64,000 bases of DNA from Squalus acanthias. Its lineage: Eukaryota. The notes below the pieces were generated by a model. The model saw only the letters and a list, made by a program, of their open reading frames with translations. It was not told the DNA's origin and did no database searches. Position numbers and translations under genes: made by a program. Each line of letters starts with the position of its first letter. Position 1 is the first letter of the stretch. Of the stretch, positions 15,001 through 26,924 are shown in pieces. The stretch spans positions 141,424,001-141,488,000 of the forward strand of contig CM059432.1 in assembly GCA_030390025.1 (NCBI GenBank), given 5' to 3'.

Positions 15001-18000
15001 ACTGACCAGAACCTGTCCCTCCAATACTGACCAGAACCTGTCCGTTCAATACTGACCAGAAACAGTGCCTCCAATACTGACCTGAACCTGACCCTCCAAT
15101 ACTGACCAGAACCAATGCCTCCAATACTGACCAGAACCTGTTCCTCCAATAATGACCAGAACCTGTCCCTCCAATACTGACCAGAACCTGTACCTCCAAT
15201 ACTGACCAGAACCTGTCCCTCCAATACTGACCAGAACCTGTCCGTCCAATACTGACCAGAACCAGTGCCTCCAATACTGACCAAAACCAGTTCCTCCAAT
15301 ACTGAACATTACCTGTCCCTCCAATACTGACCAGAACCTGTCCCTCCAATACTGACCAGAACCTGACCCTCCAATACTGACCAGAACCAGTGCCTCCAAT
15401 ACTGACCAGAACCTGTTCCTCCAATACTGACCATTACCTGTCCCTCCAATACTGACCAGAACCTGTCCCTCTAATACTGACCAGAACCTGTACCTCCAAT
15501 ACTGACCAGACACTGTTCCTCCAATACTGACCATTACCTGTCCATCCAATACTGACCAGAACCTGTCCCTCCAAGACTAACCAGAACCTGTTCCTCCAAT
15601 ACTGACCATTACCTGCCCATCCAATACTGACCAGAACCTGTACCTCCAATAATGACTAGAACCTGTCCCTCCAATACTGACCAGAACCTGTACCTCCAAT
15701 ACGGACCATTACCTGTCCCTCCAAGACTAACCAGAACCTGTTCCTCCAATATTGACCAGAACCTGTCCATACAATACTGACCAGAACCTGTCCCTACAAT
15801 ACTGACCAGAACCTTTCCCTGCAATACTGACCAGAACCTGTCCCACCAATACTGACCAGACCCTATCACTCCAATACTGACCAGAACCTGTCCCTCTAAT
15901 ACTGACCAGAACCTTTCCCTGCAATACTGACCAGAACCTGTACCTCCAATACTGACCAGAACCTGTCCCTCTAATACTGACCAGACCCTGTCCCTCCAAT
16001 ACTGACCAGAACCTGTCCCTCTAATACTGACCAGACCCTGTCCCTCCAATACTGACCAGAACCTGTCCCTCCAATACTGACCATTACCTGTCCCTCCAAT
16101 ACTAACCAGAAGCTGTCCCTCCAATACTGACCAGAACCTTTCCCTGCAATACTGACCAGAACCTGTCCCACCAATACTGACCAGACCCTGTCACTCCAAT
16201 ACTGACCAGACCCTGTCCCTCCAATACTGACCAGAACCTGTCCCTCTAATACTGACCAGAACCTGTCCCTCCAATACTGGCCAGAACCTGTCCCTCTAAT
16301 ACTGACCAGAACCTGTCCCTCCAATACTGGCCAGAACCTGTCCCTCTAATACTGACCAGACCCTGTCCCTCCAATACTGAGCAGACCATGTCCATCCAAT
16401 ACTGACCCGAACCTGTCCCTCCAATACTGACCAGAAGCTTTACCTCCAATACTGACCAGAACCTGTCCCTCCAATACTGACCAGAACCTCTACCTCCAAT
16501 ACTGACCATTACCTGTCCATCCCATACTGACCAGAACCTGTACCTCCAATACTGACCAGAACCTGTACCTCCAATACTGACCAGAACCTGTCCCTCCAAT
16601 ACTGACCAGAACCTGTACCTCCAATACTGACCAGAACCTGTCCCTCCAATACTGACCAGAACCTGTCCCTCCAATACTGACCAGAACCCGTACCTCCAAT
16701 ACTGACCAGAACCTGTCCCTCCAATACTGACCAGAACCTGTCCCTCCAATACTGACCAGAACCAGTGCCTCCAATACTGACCAGAACCTGTTCCTTCAAT
16801 ACTGACCATTACCTGTCCCTCCAATACTGACCAGTACCTGTCACTCCAATACTGACCAGAACCTGTCCCTCCAATACTGAGCAGAACCTGTACCTCCAAT
16901 ACTCACCAGAACCTTTCCCTGCAATACTGATCAGAACCTGTCCCTCTAATACTGACCAGAACCTGTCCCTCCAATACTGACCAGACCCTGTCCCTCTAAT
17001 ACTGACCAGACCCTGTCCCTCTAATACTGACCAGAACCTGTCCCTCCAATACTGACCAGACCCTGTCCCTCCAAAACTGACCAGAACCTGTCCCTCCAAT
17101 ACTGACGAGAACCTGTCCCTACAATACTGACCAGAACCCTTCCCTGCAATACTGACCAGTACCTGTCCCTCTAATACTGACCAGAACCTGTCCCTACAAT
17201 ACTGACCAGAACCTTTCCCTGCAATACTGACCAGAACCTGTACCTCCAATACTGACCAGAACCTTTCCCTGCAATACTGACCAGAACCTGTCCCTCTAAT
17301 ACTGACCAGACCCTGACCCTCCAATACTGACCAGACCATGTCCCTCCAATACTGACCAGACCCTGTCCCTCTAATACTGACCAGAACCTGTCCCTCCAAT
17401 ACTGACCAGAAACTTTCCCTCTAATACTGACCATTACCTGTCCCTCCAATACTGACCAGAACCTGTTCTTCCAATACTGACCAGTACCAGTCCATCCAAT
17501 ACTGACCAGAACATGTCCCTCCAATACTGGCCAGAACCTGTCCCTCCAATACTGACGAGAACCTGTCCCTCTAATACTGACCAGACCCTGTCCCTCCAAT
17601 ACTGACCAGAACCTGTACGTCCACTACTGACCAGAACCTGTCCCTCTAATACTGACCAGAACCTGTACCTCCAATACTGACCAGAACCTTTCCCTGCAAT
17701 ACTGACCAGAACCTGTCCCTCTAATACTGACCAGAACCTGTACCTCCAATACTGACCAGAACCTTTCCCTGCAATACTGACCAGAACCTGTCCCTCCAAT
17801 ACTGACCAGACCCTGTCCCTCCAATGCTGACCAGAACCTGTCCCTCTTATACTGACCAGAACCTGTCCCTCCAATACTGACCAGACCCTGGCCCTCCAAT
17901 ACTGACCAGAACCTGTCCCTCCAATACTGACCAGTACCTGTCCCTCCAATACTGACCAGACCCTGGCCCTCCAATACCGACCAGAACCTGTCCCTCCAAT

Positions 18001-18145
18001 ACTGACCAGACCCTGGCCCTCCAATACTGACCAGTACCAGTCCCTCTAATACTGACCAGAACCTGTCCCTCCAATAGTGACCAGAACCTGTTCCTCCAAT
18101 ACTGACCGTTACCTGACCCTTCAGTGCTGACCAGAGCCTGTCTCT
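1..18145. repeat. 25-bp tandem satellite array (consensus CCAATACTGACCAGAACCTGTCCCT), about 725 monomers, with higher-order repeats; continues off the left edge
   Basis: Direct 25-bp periodicity throughout; variant blocks recur at 1999 and 3997-3998 bp offsets. Confidence 0.99.
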
Positions 18146-18350
18146 TTTGAAAGCTACTATTGAATCTGCTTCCACCGCCCCTTTATGCAGTGCGTTCCAG
18201 ATCATAACAACTCGCTGCATAAAAATAATTCTCCTCATCTCCCCTGTGGTTCTTTTGTCAATTGCCTTAAATCTGCGTCCTCTGGTTACCGACCCTCTTG
18301 CCAGTAGAAACAGTTTCTCCCTTACTCTATCAAAAGCCTTCATAGTTTTG
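18146..18350 (-). mobile_element. CR1 LINE ORF2 C-terminal fragment abutting the satellite
   Basis: Translates as DRVREKLFLLARGSVTRGRRFK...QRVVMIWNAL, matching the other CR1 3' ends in the window. Confidence 0.85.
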
Positions 18351-18922
18351 GAGAGCACTATTCTTGAAAGATTGTTAAAAAACTAAAAGTGGCTGTGCAC
18401 AAACCACATGGTGGTAGTTTGCACAGCAGCATATATAACAGATCATGCAACGTGAACTCCCTTGACAGGCACAGAGGCTGTCTAAATTCTTGGATTAGGC
18501 TGCTCCCGCTTATTCCAGGAGCTGATCCGGTCTCAAAATCCCCTGGAATGTCATATAAAGCTTTGGTCACTGTTCTCCATGAATGTCTGGTGTGAGCCTT
18601 TGAGTAACATTTCATACCTCAATTGTAACTAGCACTGAGCAATTGATGTCTCTGTTGACAGCAAGATTGACTGAGCCTGTCAGAATTCAGTGCAACTTGC
18701 ACAGAGAGGATTAATAAAACATGCCCTGGTATTGTTGGAAAATATCCAGATGTAATCCTAATCTCATCATCAGAGGTGGCACCGGGGCATGATGTATTTA
18801 ACATATGCGCAACGTAAGAATAACAGGGGCCCTTCTCCAGTTAATAACTTGACACCTGCTATCAAAACATAGCGTGTGTCATGCAGTATCTATAGCGTTT
18901 TCAATGGAACCCCTTTTACACT

Positions 18923-19198
18923 GGGGTAAAATTGGGCACCGGAGAGGAAACAAAACAGGTAGAATCGCTTTTCCCACCCGTTTCAGGTAGATGGAGTTAA
19001 GATACAGATCAGCCATGTTCTCGTTGAATGGTGGAACAGGCTTGAGGGGCTGAATGGTCTACTCCAGTTCCTATCCTCCTATATCAGACCCCCGGTATTC
19101 AGTTCAGTTGAGGTCAATGGAGCTGAATATCAGGCGGGGTGTATAACGGGTGACCGATGCGAGATCGTCTGTTTTGCATCCCCTCCAATTTCACCCCC
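18923..19198. mobile_element. Harbinger-like MITE remnant containing a nested CR1 3' tail (~18985-19075)
   Basis: Termini GGGGTAAAATTGG / CCAATTTCACCCCC resemble the TIRs at 43455 and 46228. Confidence 0.55.
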
Positions 19199-19468
19199 AT
19201 TATGATGACTATAGGACAGTCAGCATGGACACCAGAAGGTCCTGCTTGAGGCCGTAGCAACTCCATTTGCGCAGAGCTAGCCTGGCACTGCCCGCTTACC
19301 AGCTTCTGTGAAGTCTCTGGGGGAATGGGGGTGGGCTGCTGTGAATGTGCTACCAGTTGCAGAGCCAACACTGTCATACGTTGCCAAGATCTGCCCCTGC
19401 TGCCCCGGTTATCAGTGGGTAAACTGACCCCATCAAAAGCAATGATATCGCATCTCACGCCTCAATCC

Positions 19469-21492
19469 TGGAGGCAGCAGGTACTGGTCAGTATTGAAGG
19501 TACAGGTTCTGGTCAGTATTGGAGGGTCAAGTACTGGTCAGTATTGGAGGGACAGGTTCTGGTCAGTATTGAAGGGACAGGATCTGATTGGTATTGGAGG
19601 GACAGGTACTGGTCAGTATTGGAGGGACAGGTACTGGTCAGTATTGGAGAGACAGGTACTGGTCAGTATTGGAGGGACAGGTACTGGTCAGTATTGGAGG
19701 GACAGGTACTGGTCAGTATTGGAGGGACAGGTACTGGTCAGTATTGGAGTGTCAAGTACTGGTCAGTATTGGAGGGAGGTACTGGTCAGTATTGGAGGGT
19801 CAGGTACTGGTCAGTATTGGAGTAACAGGTACTGGTCAGTATTGGAGGGACAGGTACTGGTCAGTATTGGAGGGACAGGTACTGGTCAGTATTGGAAGGA
19901 AGGTTAATGGTCAGTATTGTAGGGACAGGTTCTGGTCAGTATTGGAGGGACAGGTTCTGGTCAGTATTAGATGGAGGGATGGGTCAGTATTGGAGGGACA
20001 GGATCTGGTCAGTATTGGAGGGAAGGTTAATGGTCAGTATTGTAGGGACAGGTTCTGGTCAGTATTGGAGGGACAGGTTCTGGTCAGTATTGGAGGGAAG
20101 GTTAATGGTCAGTATTGTCGGGACAGGTACTGGTCAGTATTGGAGGGACAGGTTCTGGTCAGTATTGGAGGGACAGGTTCTGGTCAGTATTGGAGGGACA
20201 GGCTCTGGTCAGTATTGGAGGGACAGGTTCTGATCAGTATTGGATGGAGGTACTGGTCAGTATTGTAGGGAAAGGTTCTGGTCAGTATTGGAGGGAGTTA
20301 ATGGTCAGTATTGGAGGGACAGGATCTGGCCAGTATCGGAGGGTCAAGTACTAGTTAGTATTGGAGGGACAGGTACTGGTCAGTATTGGAGGTACAGGTA
20401 TTGGTCAGTATTGGAGGGACAGGTTCTGGTCAGTATTGGAGGGACAGGTTCTGGTCAGTATTGGAGGGACAGGTTCTGGTCAATATTGGAGGGACAGGTT
20501 CTGGTCAGTATTGGAGGTACAGGTTCTGGTCAGTATTGGAGGGACAGGTACTGGTCAGTATTGGAGGGATAGTTAATGGTCAGTATTGGAGGGAGGTAAT
20601 GATCAGTATTGGAGGGACAGGATCTGGTCAGCATTGAAGGGACAGGAAATGGTCAGTATTGGAGGGTCAAATACTGGTCAGCATTGGAGGGACAGGTACT
20701 GGTCAGTATTGGAGGGAGAAAATGGTCAATATTTGAGGGACAGGATTTGGTCAGTATTGGAGGGACAGGATCTGGTCAGTATTGGAGGGTCAAGTACTGG
20801 TCAGTATTGGAGGGACAGGTAATGGTCAGTATTGGAGGTACAGGTATTGGTCAGTATTGGAGGGACAGGTTCTGGTCAGTATTGGAGGGACAGGTTCTGG
20901 TCAGTATTGGAGGGACAGGTTAAGGTTAGTATTGGAGGGTCAAGTACTGGTCAGTGTTGGAGGGACAGGTTCTGGTCAGCTTGTGAGGGGTAGGTTCTGG
21001 TCAGTATTGGAGGGACAGGTACTCGTCAGTATTGGAGGGAGATACTGGTCATTATTGGAGGGACAGGTTCTGGTCAGTATTGGAGCGACTGGATTGGGTC
21101 ACTATTGAAGGGACAGGAAATGGTCAGTATTGGAGGGAGGTAATGATCAGTATTGGAGGGACAGGTTATGGTCAGTATTGGAGGGACAGGTTATGGTCAG
21201 TTTTGGAGGGAGGTACTGTTCATTATTGGAGGGACAGTATCTGGTTAGTATTGGAGGGTCAAATACTGGTCTGTATTGGAGGGACAGGTAATGGTCAGTA
21301 TTGGAGGGAGGTACTGGTCAGTATTGGAGGGACAGTTAATGGTCAGTATTGGAGGTACAAGTTCTGGTCAGTATTGGAGGGAGGTAATGGCCAGTATTGG
21401 AGGGAGGTAATGGTCTTTATTGGAGGGAGGTAATGGTCAGTATTGGTGGTACTGGTCATTACTGGATGTACCAGTACAGGTCAGTATTGGAA
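19469..21492. repeat. Inverted, more diverged block of the same 25-bp satellite (AGGGACAGGT(T/A)CTGGTCAGTATTGG), with 23-bp variants
   Basis: Reverse complement of the 1-18145 monomer; degenerates toward 21490. Confidence 0.97.
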
Positions 21493-22289
21493 AGCGGCAG
21501 ATACACGTCCACATTTAAGTCACTTCACTGAATAAGGACGTTGTGCCTTTAAGCTGATAGCGGACTTTAACTCCTGTATCAGCAACTGTGATTCTTCCCC
21601 CTAAATGGTGCCTGCCCAATCAGAGGCCTGCATTGTGCGCTCCCCACGGTATGTTCATGAGCAGCAACATAAATTACGGGTGTTATTCTCCCACTACTGA
21701 ATGGTGTGCCATCCCAGTGTCCGCTGATTCTGTGCAGAGAGGGGAACCATTTAGAAGCCTGTGTCTCTGTAACATGATTGAAAGCTATGAAGACAAATAT
21801 AGACGTACGTTATCAAGCACTGTACCAACACAGTGGTTCCTGGGCTGCCACGACAATGGACGTGTCACTTATTCTAATGCAATTAGTCTGAGATTGATTT
21901 GTGAGTTATCGGGCTGGGCTGATACCCTAGACTTTCATTCAACTTTGTTAGGAGATGAAGGGAAAGTTCAGAAATGATTGCATTTGAAAGTTTGATCAGG
22001 TTGGGTAGAGTCAATAACAAAGCAAACTTCACACGGTCTGTGACAGAATGAGCTCGATGCTTGAATGGCCTTTTATTGCTCCAACCTTTCTTATCTTTTC
22101 AATTTTTTCCACGTCGATAGAAATATAATAGAGTTGTTTCATTTTTGATTAACTGTCATATCAGCAAGCACTATGTTATGGGCTCGGATTTATTGTTTTG
22201 TAAGGTCCCCTGCTCCACAGCTTTAACATCATAATCTGTGGTAGAAACATTAGGAAGCAGTCGCTAAGTCAGCCACCATTGTTTAATTA

Positions 22290-22500
22290 CATAGAATTTA
22301 CAGCACAGAGACAGGCCATTCAGCCCAACTGCTCTATGCCAGTGTTTATGCACAACATGGACATCCGGTGGTTGTGAAAGGCGTTATAGAAATGCAAGTC
22401 TTCTTCTTCTTCTCCTCCACACGAGCCTCCTCCCACCATACATCATCTCACCCTATGAACATATCCTTCGATTCCTTCCTCCATCATGTGTTTCTCTAGC
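22290..22500 (-). mobile_element. CR1 3' end fragment with a short inserted SINE/L2 tail (~22355-22412)
   Basis: CATAGAA...GGCCATTCAGCCC terminus; insert ends GCAAGTCTTCTTCTTC. Confidence 0.65.
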
Positions 22501-22514
22501 TTTTGATTGAGCTT

Positions 22515-22940
22515 GGGGATTCAAGGTCCGCTCCAGAGACTTGAGCACATAATCTAGGACTGACACTTCAGTGTAGTACTGAGGGAGCGCTGCACTGTCG
22601 GAGGTGCCGTCTTTCAGATGAGACGTTAAACCGAGGCCTGGTCTGCTCTCTCAGGTGGACGTAGAAGATCCCATGGAAATATTTCATTCAAAAGAAGAGC
22701 AAGGGAGTTCTCCCCGGCATCCTGGCCAATATTTATCCCTCAGCCAACATCTAAAACAGATTATCGGGTCATTATCACATTGCTGTTTGTGGGACCTTGC
22801 TGTGCACAAATTGGCTGCTGCGTTTCCCCACATTACAGTAGAGACTACACTTCAAAAAAGTACTTCGTAATTGTAAAGCGCTTTGGGACATTCTGAGGTC
22901 ATGAAAGGCGCTATATAAATGCAAGTCTTTCTTTTTCTTT
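22515..22940 (+). mobile_element. tRNA-derived Deu-domain SINE (SacSINE1/AmnSINE1-like), 5' truncated
   Basis: GAGGGAGCGCTGCACTGTCGGAGGTGCCGTCTTTC core and L2-like tail GGCGCTATATAAATGCAAGTCTTTCTTT; same family as 47388. Confidence 0.8.
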
Positions 22941-23177
22941 GATGCCTCATCATGAACCTGGGTGTTGATTCCTATTTTGAATCTCCCTAAAGCAGATTAT
23001 TTTCCCAAGACTTGTCTGTCATGTTTTGAATGCTCACCTCTATACGATGTATCGATTGGATCAAATGTTGCTCACCAACATTGTTAACAGGAAGTTGTTT
23101 GGATGTTGATTCAATACTCAGTTGTTTCGGTTTCTATTTCTGAATTTCAGACTGAGGATTTATGAGTGGAGGAGCCA

Positions 23178-23455
23178 GAATCATGGAATCTTGCAGCACA
23201 GAAGGAGGCCATTCGGCCCATCGTGCCTGTGCCGGCTCTTTGAAAGAACTATCCAGTTAGTCCCACTCCCCCTGCTTTCCCCGTAGCCCTGCAAATTTTC
23301 CCCCTTCAAGTATTTATCCAATTCCCTCTTGAAAGTTACTTTTGAATCTTCTTCCACCACCCTTTCAGGCAGTGCATTCCGGATCATAACAGCTCGCTGC
23401 GTAAATAAATGTCTCCTCTTCTCACCTCCGGTTCTTTTGCCAATTACCTTAAATC
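23178..23455 (-). mobile_element. CR1 3' fragment
   Basis: Translates as NALPERVVEEDSKVTFKRELDKYLK; CR1 3' UTR. Confidence 0.85.
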
Positions 23456-23691
23456 AGAAGCTCTTGGCTGCACTACAATGCCATTAGCCCAGTGTGAAGT
23501 GCCTCCCACAATGAGTGTTTCCTCCAGCCTCTCGGAGTTATTCCCTGTACGATTTGTGAAAACATCGGACGAATGTTTTCGGGTAAAGCTACACTTCATC
23601 ACTTTATGCTATCTTGTGTAAACACAAGGCAGCTATCAATCTCTTCTACTCATGAAAAGGCCCGAGCAACTCTAACAACTCTTCCTGTCAG

Positions 23692-23852
23692 AGATTCGAG
23701 AGCAGTGGGCTGAAAAAATACCTTTTGAAGTCCTTCGCTTTCCACAATTTACTCCGTACACCAGATCAATCAGAGACGTTCGAACCTTCTGTGACAGGGA
23801 TGGATCTGATTCTGCGCTGGGGAGGATTTATGGAGACACTTTACACGAGAAG
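23692..23852 (+). CDS. Candidate host-gene exon, product unknown
   Basis: Acceptor CTTCCTGTCAG, donor AAG|GTATGT; two frames are open (RFESSGLKKYLL...LYTR or IREQWAEK...LHEK); non-repetitive sequence; no homology recognised. Confidence 0.3.
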
Positions 23853-23884
23853 GTATGTGGGAGGAACTTTCATGCAGCCCCGAA

Positions 23885-24010
23885 GCTCTGACAAAGCGTC
23901 GACACCCGATATGTTAATTCCTCTGTTCTCCAACACAGAGGCTGCCTGAACTGCTGAGGGTTTCCAGCACTTTTCTGTTTTGGTTTCAGATTTGCAACAT
24001 CCGCAGTCTT
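23885..24010 (+). mobile_element. Penelope-like element terminal-repeat fragment, degenerate
   Basis: GCTGCCTGAACTGCTGAG...TCCAGCACTTTTCTGTTTT...TTCAGATTT, same family as 24560 and 33503. Confidence 0.6.
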
Positions 24011-24124
24011 CTCGGGGATTTTTTTCCGATGGTATGCTTTCTTTGGCTCTTAGTCTTTTGTGGCAGATACAATGCTACTTTCTCCAGGACCTTATTAATA
24101 TCCAGGTCTCCTAACTTCAACACG

Positions 24125-24248
24125 AAAGAAAATACTGCAGATGCTGGAAACCTGAAATAAAAACAGAAAATGCTGGAGATACTCAACAGGTCAGGCAGCA
24201 CCTGTGAAGAGAGAAACAGAGTCAACGTTTCAGGTCAATGACCTTTCA
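24125..24248 (-). mobile_element. Penelope-like element terminal-repeat fragment
   Basis: AAATACTGCAGATGCTGGAAA...CAGGTCAGGCAGCA...AACGTTTCAGGTC. Confidence 0.65.
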
Positions 24249-24559
24249 ACACTTCCTTCTTTCGAATTTTCTTTAGCAAGGTCACACAATGACAATTGAT
24301 CATGGAAGAGAAGGAGCTTCCCTTTATCAGTAGGATGTATGTCCACTGTGTCTCCATTTTGCCTTCATTGTTCACATGAAGCTGTCTCTTTGTAGATCTC
24401 TTATTTTGTTAATGCCACATGATTTAATAGAAGCAGCCTATTAAATCGAGTTCAACAATTTCAGATCATAACCTCGGCCCCTACCATATATATATATTTA
24501 TATATATTTTTTATCCACACTTTTGGTTTGTACCTTTTCCCCCTTTTTTTCTCTCTCCC

Positions 24560-24870
24560 CCATGGCAGCTGTCTTTCATTCTGCCAGCGCATTTCACACT
24601 TCTAGAGCCATCTTTTGTTTCTTAACCTGTCCTATTACCATCTCGTCTCGCCTTGAGTATCTCTTAATGTCTCTTTACTTCTCACTGACCTTCCCTTTTG
24701 TTCTTGTATTCCCTCCCCCAGCCTCCAAACTTGCTTTTTCATCTGTTTCATTTCCTGCTTTTTTCTCAGTTCTGACAAAAGGTCTTCGACCTGAAACGTT
24801 AACTCTGTTTCTCTCTCCACGGATGTTGCCTGGCCTGCTGAGTTTTTCCAGCGTTTTCTGTTGTTATTTC
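24560..24870 (+). mobile_element. Penelope-like element terminal-repeat fragment with a hammerhead-like motif at 24767-24804
   Basis: CTGACAA-A-AGGTC-TTC-GACCT-GAAAC-GTT followed by the family-typical downstream sequence. Confidence 0.65.
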
Positions 24871-25072
24871 TATTAAATCTTATGACTTGGAGGACTTGTT
24901 TCTATACCATGGGATATTAGCTTAAGAATATTTCCTGCATTCACCTAAAATTCCTCTCCCAGCAACTTCAGGGGAGGAGTTAAGCCATTTGTAATAAATG
25001 GGAAAGAACTGAAGTGTTTGCACACTAGTGTCAGAAGCATATTTGCAAGGCTGAGATCTTTCAATAATCTTA

Positions 25073-25260
25073 GGGGGGAATTTCCGTGGCGTTCTCCTGA
25101 CCTCCCACCCTAACTTTGGCAGAAGATCAGCGGAATCCCGGAGAAACGAAATCGGACGTTTTTAAGCATTTACGCATTTTCTCCGGGGGGGTGGATGCCG
25201 GGATCTTATGTCGAAGTTAGGGCGGGAAATCGGGAAAAAAAACCTCAGGGAAATTCCAGG
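25073..25260. mobile_element. Small palindromic MITE with Harbinger-like ends
   Basis: GGGGGGAATTTCC...GGAAATTCC ends; imperfect internal inverted arms CTCCCACCCTAACTTTGGCAGAAGATC / GATCTTATGTCGAAGTTAGGGCGGGA. Confidence 0.6.
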
Positions 25261-26224
25261 CGTTAATGTTCTGGATGTTCTTTGTCCAAATTACAGGCCT
25301 GGTTAGGCAAAGGGCTGTCCTTGCTCTTCTTTAAATAGACATTACGGCCTGGAGTTTCCGTGAGGGGCGCAAGAAGGAAAATGCGCCCAGAATGTGCCCG
25401 ACAACTGCGTCGGTTTTGCCGAGGTGAGGTTACGCCAAAGTTTCCTCGCAAACTCATTAGCGCAAGCCCAGCATAAAACATCCCATGAATCAGTGCAATC
25501 AAGCAGCGTATTGGAATATGTCCAACCAGAGTTAGCAACACTAGCTAAGGACCCAAATGGGCCCTGAATGCCTGGCAGTGGGGGGTTTGGGGTTAGTGTA
25601 ATCTCTCTGGGGGAGAGGCAGGAATATACCTGGAGAGCCAGGGACCTGATCAGCAGAAAGATAAAGATATAAAACCTACTGCTTCTTAAAGGGGTTGTGG
25701 TAGCTATAGAGCTGTAGGCAACCTGGGTGACCAGAGTGGAAGCCAGGTCAAAAAAAACGAGCGGCAGATTTCAGGAAGCTGGACCTACTTGTCATTCTAA
25801 TTGAGTTATGGCCTGTTTGGGGTTGGGGGGAGAGGGGGTGGGGTTGCTGGTGACGGGGAAAGACGCATCAAGAATGGGGTGTGCACTCTGTTGAGGGAAG
25901 TGGCCTGTGCCACCTCCTTGAACCCCCAGGGCTCCTTTTGCACTGCAGAAAGAAGTTTAATGGCCTCACCAGAGCAGCCAAGGTAAGCTATCTGCTCCAC
26001 CTGACCCTTCCTTGCAGGCTCTTTATACGAGTGGCACTCCTTCATTCATAGCGGCAGAGGAGTCAGAGGTGAAAGTGGGATCTGACAGTGCGGAGTGGAG
26101 GCTCCACAGAGGTCAGTCCCTATCTCCTGATCCTGTGGCCTCAGATAATGGGTTTCATCTGCCCCTCACATATGATAGACTAAGGGAGCCTGGTTAATGG
26201 ACAAAGTAAACGTTCACATGCAAC

Positions 26225-26570
26225 AGTAACAACAACTTGCATTTATTTAGCATTTTTGACATAGTAAAATGTCCCAAGGCGTTATCAGACAGAATTTGAC
26301 ACCAAACCACATAAGGAGATATTAGAACAGGTGACCAAAAGCTTGGTTAAAGAGGTAGGTTTTAAGGAGCGATGTAAAGGAGGAGAGGGAGGCGGAGAGG
26401 TTTAGGGAGGAAATTCCAGAGCTTAGGGCCAAGGCAGCTGAAGGGATGCGCAAGAGGCCAGAATTGGAGGAGCGCAGAGATCTCGGAGGGTTGTAGGGCT
26501 GGAGGAGGTTACGGAGATAGGGAGGGAGGAGCGAGGCCATGGAGGGATTTGAAAAATAGGATGTGAATTT
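26225..26570 (-). mobile_element. L2 LINE 3' fragment
   Basis: Translates as PPYLRNLLQPYNPPRSLRSSNSGLL...LLKTYLFNQAF; (AAC)n tail. Confidence 0.85.
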
Positions 26571-26590
26571 TTTTTGAAACAGCTGAATAG

Positions 26591-26670
26591 AGACAAATTA
26601 ATTCAGAGTCAGAGTACCATTTTGTCACTGATTTTATGCAAACTATAGCTTGGGTTTTGTTCCTTCGACG
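26591..26670 (+). CDS. Candidate host-gene exon (RQINSESEYHFVTDFMQTIAWVLFLR)
   Basis: Strong donor CG|GTAAGT and one open frame; acceptor position uncertain. Confidence 0.2.
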
Positions 26671-26924
26671 GTAAGTGTTCTCTGTTCTCCTGTCTTCTGG
26701 CATCAACTGAAGGAACACAAACCATTATATGACGTTTGAGGATGAAATCTGAAAGAACAAGCACAGGCTTTAAGTGTGCAGAGAATCAGTGAGGAGATGG
26801 TACTCTGACGGTGATATGCTTAAATTACACTGAGACACCGTAGGTTTTAAACCTCGAGCGATACTGAAAAGCTATTTTCTATAATATGATGGGTGATTCT
26901 GCGATCGGCCACTTCTAGTGGGAC

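Noticed and set aside
1..18145. CRISPR-like array
   Set aside because: Monomers are contiguous with no unique spacers, there are no cas genes, and the context is eukaryotic.
1..21492. Over 100 ORFs encoding a QYWRDRFWSVLEGQVLVSIGGTGSG repeat protein
   Set aside because: They arise from a 25-bp monomer read in all three frames, mostly from TTG starts, with scattered stops and indels; there is no codon-level constraint.
19469..21492. Nuclear-receptor response element array (GGTCA, GGTACA/GGTTCT half-sites)
   Set aside because: Only short half-site resemblance with non-canonical spacing, which is expected by chance.
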